A stretch of 64,000 nt of DNA from an uncultured delta proteobacterium (GTDB lineage: Bacteria; Bdellovibrionota; FAC87; UBA2466), in NCBI GenBank assembly GCA_963778115.1, contig CAVZSV010000006.1, forward strand, positions 128,001 through 192,000. The letters run 5' to 3'. Every line of letters starts with the position of its first letter. Position 1 is the stretch's first letter. Below, in pieces: positions 60,076-64,000 of the stretch. A program made the translations under genes and the position numbers. The notes under the pieces are model-generated. The model was not told the origin of the DNA. It worked only from the letters and a program-made list of their open reading frames with translations, and did not search any database.

Positions 60076-62448
60076 CTATCGGATGAGAGTTGCCCAATTT
60101 GCGATGTGAACTCGGCAGGAATCCTGAGGTTTAAAAACTTTGGCCAAAGCTTGACGAGCGAAGTAGGCAGAGGTGGCTCGGTTTTGTTCGTTAGATCCGG
60201 AAACGCGGCCGAACTTAAGTCCCCAATTTTGCAGCCGTGTCTCCCCGCCAAAATATTGTTCGGGTTCTAATTTGGGGTGCTGGGCGAACTCCTCCGCAAG
60301 CGCCATGACGGCACTGGGTTCTCCGCTGAACCAAAGGCGGTTCTCTCCGACGACAAAGACGTTGGTTCGATGGGGGTAATGATGCAATTGAAAAGGAAAC
60401 ATCCCTTGAGCCCGATTACCGGAAAAAGGATCAAGTTCATAGAGGGCTCTAGCCTCCGGTTCGGGAAGATTGAGCTGTGATTTAATTGATTCGTAGTGGG
60501 AAATAAAACGCTCTCCCCCGCCTCTGCCATCCTGAAAAAAAGTGCGAACCTCTTCGAAAGACATATTGAGATCTCTTAATCCGTACACTCCGGATCGATC
60601 TAAGATGGCGACTATCACTTCGCTGAGGGAAGGCTCATAGCCCAAGGTCATCCACAACTGTTCGAGAACACTTAGTTGGTTCATCCGATTGGAGCCCGGT
60701 TCGCCGTGGTGATCGTAGTGGCAAAGAGCAAGGCCGGCCTCGCTAAAGCTTTCAAACCATGTCTGTCTAAGCCTTCCCAGTTCTAGAACGGCTACCGAAT
60801 GGACTCCTAATTGAAGCGCGCGCAGGCGGGCTTGGCTCATATGCTCGTCATTGAGAGAGCGGCCCTGTGGGACATCCACCTCAAAAGCATGAATCGGAAG
60901 TTTTTTGCTGAGACGCGCGATAAGGTCTCCGGCCAGGTTGCACTCTCTGTCGTTGGGCGAGTAGACAAATAGAATTCCCGAATCTAACTGGTCATTGAGG
61001 AAAAGTTGCGGCTGTTGCTGGGTTTCGTCGAATTTGGAAGCTCGCACGATGGCACTTCGGTTCATGTTGGAGACAATAATGTGGCGTTGACTGTCGGTGT
61101 AGGCAGCCATGGGGAGTAAGGTGTCCATGGGATCTAAGCCCTGGGGAAATTCCGAAAAATTCTCGTTACGGTTATTTATCCAGGAGAGGACCTCAGCCCG
61201 CTGCGAGTAATTGCGCATGCTTAGGGAGAGCAGGGTATTTTTCGCACCCATAAATTCTCCCTTGGCGTTGAGCAGTACCGTCTGAGGGGAAGCTGCGGTA
61301 TCGACCGGAAGGACGGCAAGGGGAGTGGGTATTTCCCCACGCACAAATAGCGATCCGTCTGGCAACTGAACGCCGCCAGTCGATTGTTTGCGCGCAAAAG
61401 GTCCTCTTACTTTGCTAGTGAGAAACGCGGTCGTCTCTTGCCTAAGAGTACCGGCCACGACGGCCAGTTCTTGTACCAATTTGCGGACAGAGGTTTCTCG
61501 TTTGAGGTTAAGTTCAGGGCTCGCTCTTTGAGTCGCTTCGAAGTCGATCCGCATCAGTGGCGTATGAAGTTCTAGATACACTCGGGAGTTTCTTAAAGCA
61601 TCTAGCCTATCCAGAAAACGTCCAATGCGAGCCACGAAAATCTTGGCATCGTTAGCGGACAGTTTGGAAATCTGGGGCAGAGAAACCACGGATTCGGACG
61701 CCTTATCAACCCCCGGGGGCCAGAAAGTAGACTGAAGCGAATAAGGGCCCCTGCCACCTTTCACTTGCAGAATCTTACTATAGAGTCCAGTTAGTCCCAG
61801 CATCACCTGAACTCCGTCGATCTGAGTTCGCATTACCTTTTCGGCCAAAAGAAGATGTTGAATCAGCCCCTGAATGAATTGGTCGGCAAGAGCTACCGCT
61901 GACAGATTCGCTGAGAGAGGCTGTTCGGCCATCAGAGGTTGAACGACAGCGGGAAACCACTCTCCGTCGGGGGTGGCCTCTCTTCCGACTTTGGCAGCAT
62001 TTGGAAAATAACTCTTAGCCTCCGCGATGGTGGGAATTCCAAAGAGTCCTCGTTTCACAAAAATGGGATGGCTGGGAAGGTGAACTACTTCGAGAAGCTC
62101 TAAAAGCTGATGAAGCATCAGTCGGTTGGCTATCAAGCGCTGATTAGACAGGATGAGGCTGTGACGGTTACCGAAGGTATCCATGATGAGATAGGATTCG
62201 GGAGCCGTTTTCCAAATGGGGTGGTCACCGGTTTGCGGAGTATAGGACATCCGCATGTAGGGAGAGATGAGCACCGGCGTTGGTACACCCTGTTCGAATT
62301 CAGTCCCGATAACCCGAAACTCTCGCTGCTCAAAAAAATGGGTAATGAAATCAAGCCCGTTGATAGCACGGGTTGGTGTGCAGATTCCCAAAGAGAGCCA
62401 GAGGGCTACGATTAACGGGGTTCGTCGATAGAGAGAAGGGCGATTCAT
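60076..62448 (-). CDS. Large secreted hypothetical protein with a possible DHH-like C-terminal domain
   Basis: Signal peptide MNRPSLYRRTPLIVALWLSLGICTPTRA; ND.E, LE and YDHHG motifs; terminal DSCRVHI. Confidence 0.65.
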   Translation of the reverse strand: MNRPSLYRRTPLIVALWLSLGICTPTRAINGLDFITHFFEQREFRVIGTEFEQGVPTPVLISPYMRMSYTPQTGDHPIWKTAPESYLIMDTFGNRHSLILSNQRLIANRLMLHQLLELLEVVHLPSHPIFVKRGLFGIPTIAEAKSYFPNAAKVGREATPDGEWFPAVVQPLMAEQPLSANLSAVALADQFIQGLIQHLLLAEKVMRTQIDGVQVMLGLTGLYSKILQVKGGRGPYSLQSTFWPPGVDKASESVVSLPQISKLSANDAKIFVARIGRFLDRLDALRNSRVYLELHTPLMRIDFEATQRASPELNLKRETSVRKLVQELAVVAGTLRQETTAFLTSKVRGPFARKQSTGGVQLPDGSLFVRGEIPTPLAVLPVDTAASPQTVLLNAKGEFMGAKNTLLSLSMRNYSQRAEVLSWINNRNENFSEFPQGLDPMDTLLPMAAYTDSQRHIIVSNMNRSAIVRASKFDETQQQPQLFLNDQLDSGILFVYSPNDRECNLAGDLIARLSKKLPIHAFEVDVPQGRSLNDEHMSQARLRALQLGVHSVAVLELGRLRQTWFESFSEAGLALCHYDHHGEPGSNRMNQLSVLEQLWMTLGYEPSLSEVIVAILDRSGVYGLRDLNMSFEEVRTFFQDGRGGGERFISHYESIKSQLNLPEPEARALYELDPFSGNRAQGMFPFQLHHYPHRTNVFVVGENRLWFSGEPSAVMALAEEFAQHPKLEPEQYFGGETRLQNWGLKFGRVSGSNEQNRATSAYFARQALAKVFKPQDSCRVHIANWATLIR

Positions 62449-62539
62449 AAAAGTTAAATTGAAAGGCCATGCTTCTATCATGCCTGGGGAATTTGACTAG
62501 GGGTTTTGTTGGGGGGAGACCGTGGTTGGAGCGGATAAC

Positions 62540-64000
62540 TTAAGCGTTAATCCTTCGGACCCAAGCCAAATACAACTCCCTCACAGCGCTCGTCCGCAAT
62601 TTCTGAAGTGGCAGCCGATACAGTTCAACTATCTCCTGTCGAGTAACCTTTCCGTCCATCACTGCGTGGTAGAGCGCTTCTCCCAATAGGTGGCCTAAGA
62701 GCTTCGATGCCTTATAGTAAAAAAGGACGCGATCTTTGCTCGAATTCCCTTCAGGGATCGTCAAAGAGAAGCGTTTTCCTTCGCAGTAGCGCTGCTCTTC
62801 CGCGATATGACTCAGTACGAAGCCAGCGACCTTGCTATTAACTTTTCTTTGCTTTACGACCTGCTCCAACTCCGACACCCCGTTACATTTGCGTTTGTGG
62901 TTGATTGTCTTGGATCCAAAAAAGCCCAACGCCTCTACCCAAAGGAAACGATAGAAGTGCTCGTTAGGATCGGTGAACACGCCTTGAAAGCCACTTAGCG
63001 TAGCATGCAAATAGATAGAGGCTTGGCTAGCGGCCTGGTTCACGCTGAGGCTGCGCAAAAAAAAGATATTAACTTTCGGAATGAAAAAACTTTTGAACTC
63101 ATTCAGATACCGTTCCATGCATCTAAGCTGGGTCTGGGTAAAAAGGTGACCCGTTCGCACGTGATCCCAGAAAGAGAGATCTCCAGGTCCGTGGACAGCA
63201 AAATCGTCGTCGTCGGTGGTCCCGAGATCCAAAAATTCACGAAGGGCATTGAGAAGATCCGTTAGGTCTTCAGTGCGATCCAATTCATCGATCGCTTCGA
63301 TGAGTGTCGGGGAGTTTTGCTGGGGGTGAACCGGGGCGGGCGAATTTCCAGTCTCGACTACCAGCTCCTGCCATTTCAAATGGCTTTGTAATTTTATCCA
63401 GGGAGGGGTGTTCATGACACAGAAAACCCTTTCTCGAATCTTAACGACGTCGACCATTTGCTCGAGCCCTTGTTCCGCTAACTTCCAGTAGAAGCGCTCA
63501 ATATTTTGATGGATCACTAGCGTTTTTCTCGAAAGCTTCTTGGCTGCCAAAGCGGTCTGAAGCTGTTTGGGGAGATGGTTTTGCGCTAAGTGCAAGTCTC
63601 CCATTAGGACGAAAATAAGATCGTTTGGGTACTTGGCGGTTAATCGGGTTAGCACCTTCGCGGTAAAGGCGTCTCGTTTCCGCAGTGAGGATCCTTTAGA
63701 AGGGGGATTTATCCCCACGATACGAATGCCGTTGGCCGCGGCAAAGTTAAACAGACTGCGGTAGTTATCCCAATCAAAGCCCCAGCGACGTCGAAAACCG
63801 ATTTTCTTAAGAAACTGGCCTTCGGAGACTCGGCCCGCCAAATAGGCATCCGCTATCTTATTGTCATTAGGGCGCAACATCTCCAGGGCGAGAATAGTCT
63901 TACGATTCTGACGCTTTAGTTCGGGCAAGCAGTCGCGTAATAATCGTATGACCGTTCTTTGTGCCTGCGACAGGGTGTGGTAATCTCCGCAAATTGCAAC
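62540..64000 (-). CDS. ChaN-like domain protein; 5' end lies beyond the window
   Basis: The frame is open to the window edge (VAICGDYHTLSQAQ); ILALEM, WGFDW..Y, RD, GDLH. Confidence 0.65.
   Translation of the reverse strand, partial: VAICGDYHTLSQAQRTVIRLLRDCLPELKRQNRKTILALEMLRPNDNKIADAYLAGRVSEGQFLKKIGFRRRWGFDWDNYRSLFNFAAANGIRIVGINPPSKGSSLRKRDAFTAKVLTRLTAKYPNDLIFVLMGDLHLAQNHLPKQLQTALAAKKLSRKTLVIHQNIERFYWKLAEQGLEQMVDVVKIRERVFCVMNTPPWIKLQSHLKWQELVVETGNSPAPVHPQQNSPTLIEAIDELDRTEDLTDLLNALREFLDLGTTDDDDFAVHGPGDLSFWDHVRTGHLFTQTQLRCMERYLNEFKSFFIPKVNIFFLRSLSVNQAASQASIYLHATLSGFQGVFTDPNEHFYRFLWVEALGFFGSKTINHKRKCNGVSELEQVVKQRKVNSKVAGFVLSHIAEEQRYCEGKRFSLTIPEGNSSKDRVLFYYKASKLLGHLLGEALYHAVMDGKVTRQEIVELYRLPLQKLRTSAVRELYLAWVRRINA

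Overview
Gene-dense bacterial window with no rRNA, tRNA, CRISPR array or transposase that I can recognise. The many orphan secreted proteins, proteases, PilT and RND/TolC suggest a Gram-negative, possibly predatory Bdellovibrionota/deltaproteobacterium-like organism; this is inference only. Ordinary content includes an RND efflux operon, secreted hydrolases, Crp, ElyC/YdcF, FadL, LemA/M48, radical SAM/GT2, pilT, acyl-CoA carboxylase genes, a Memo-like protein and a ChaN-like gene. Three unusual systems stand out. (1) About 11 proteins carry N-terminal signal-peptide-like segments plus a lone terminal C-x3-[ILV] motif. Several are homologues of normally cytoplasmic machines: an ECF sigma factor, a triple-AAA Clp/FtsH-protease fusion, PRPP synthetase, two LOG enzymes, a nucleotidyltransferase and three PRTase-like paralogues. 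Most cluster at 14.9-32.7 kb and may form an exported effector or nucleotide-scavenging system. (2) An unannotated poly-cysteine leader peptide (MRRLYTLRVGICSDCCCCN) with competing antiterminator and terminator pairings lies ahead of the RND operon. (3) A PilZ-like-fused alpha-oxoamine synthase, 7TM kinase, receiver-cyclase and FadL locus resembles a lipid-signal (Cqs/Lqs-like) circuit. All family calls come from motifs read by eye, with no database searches.
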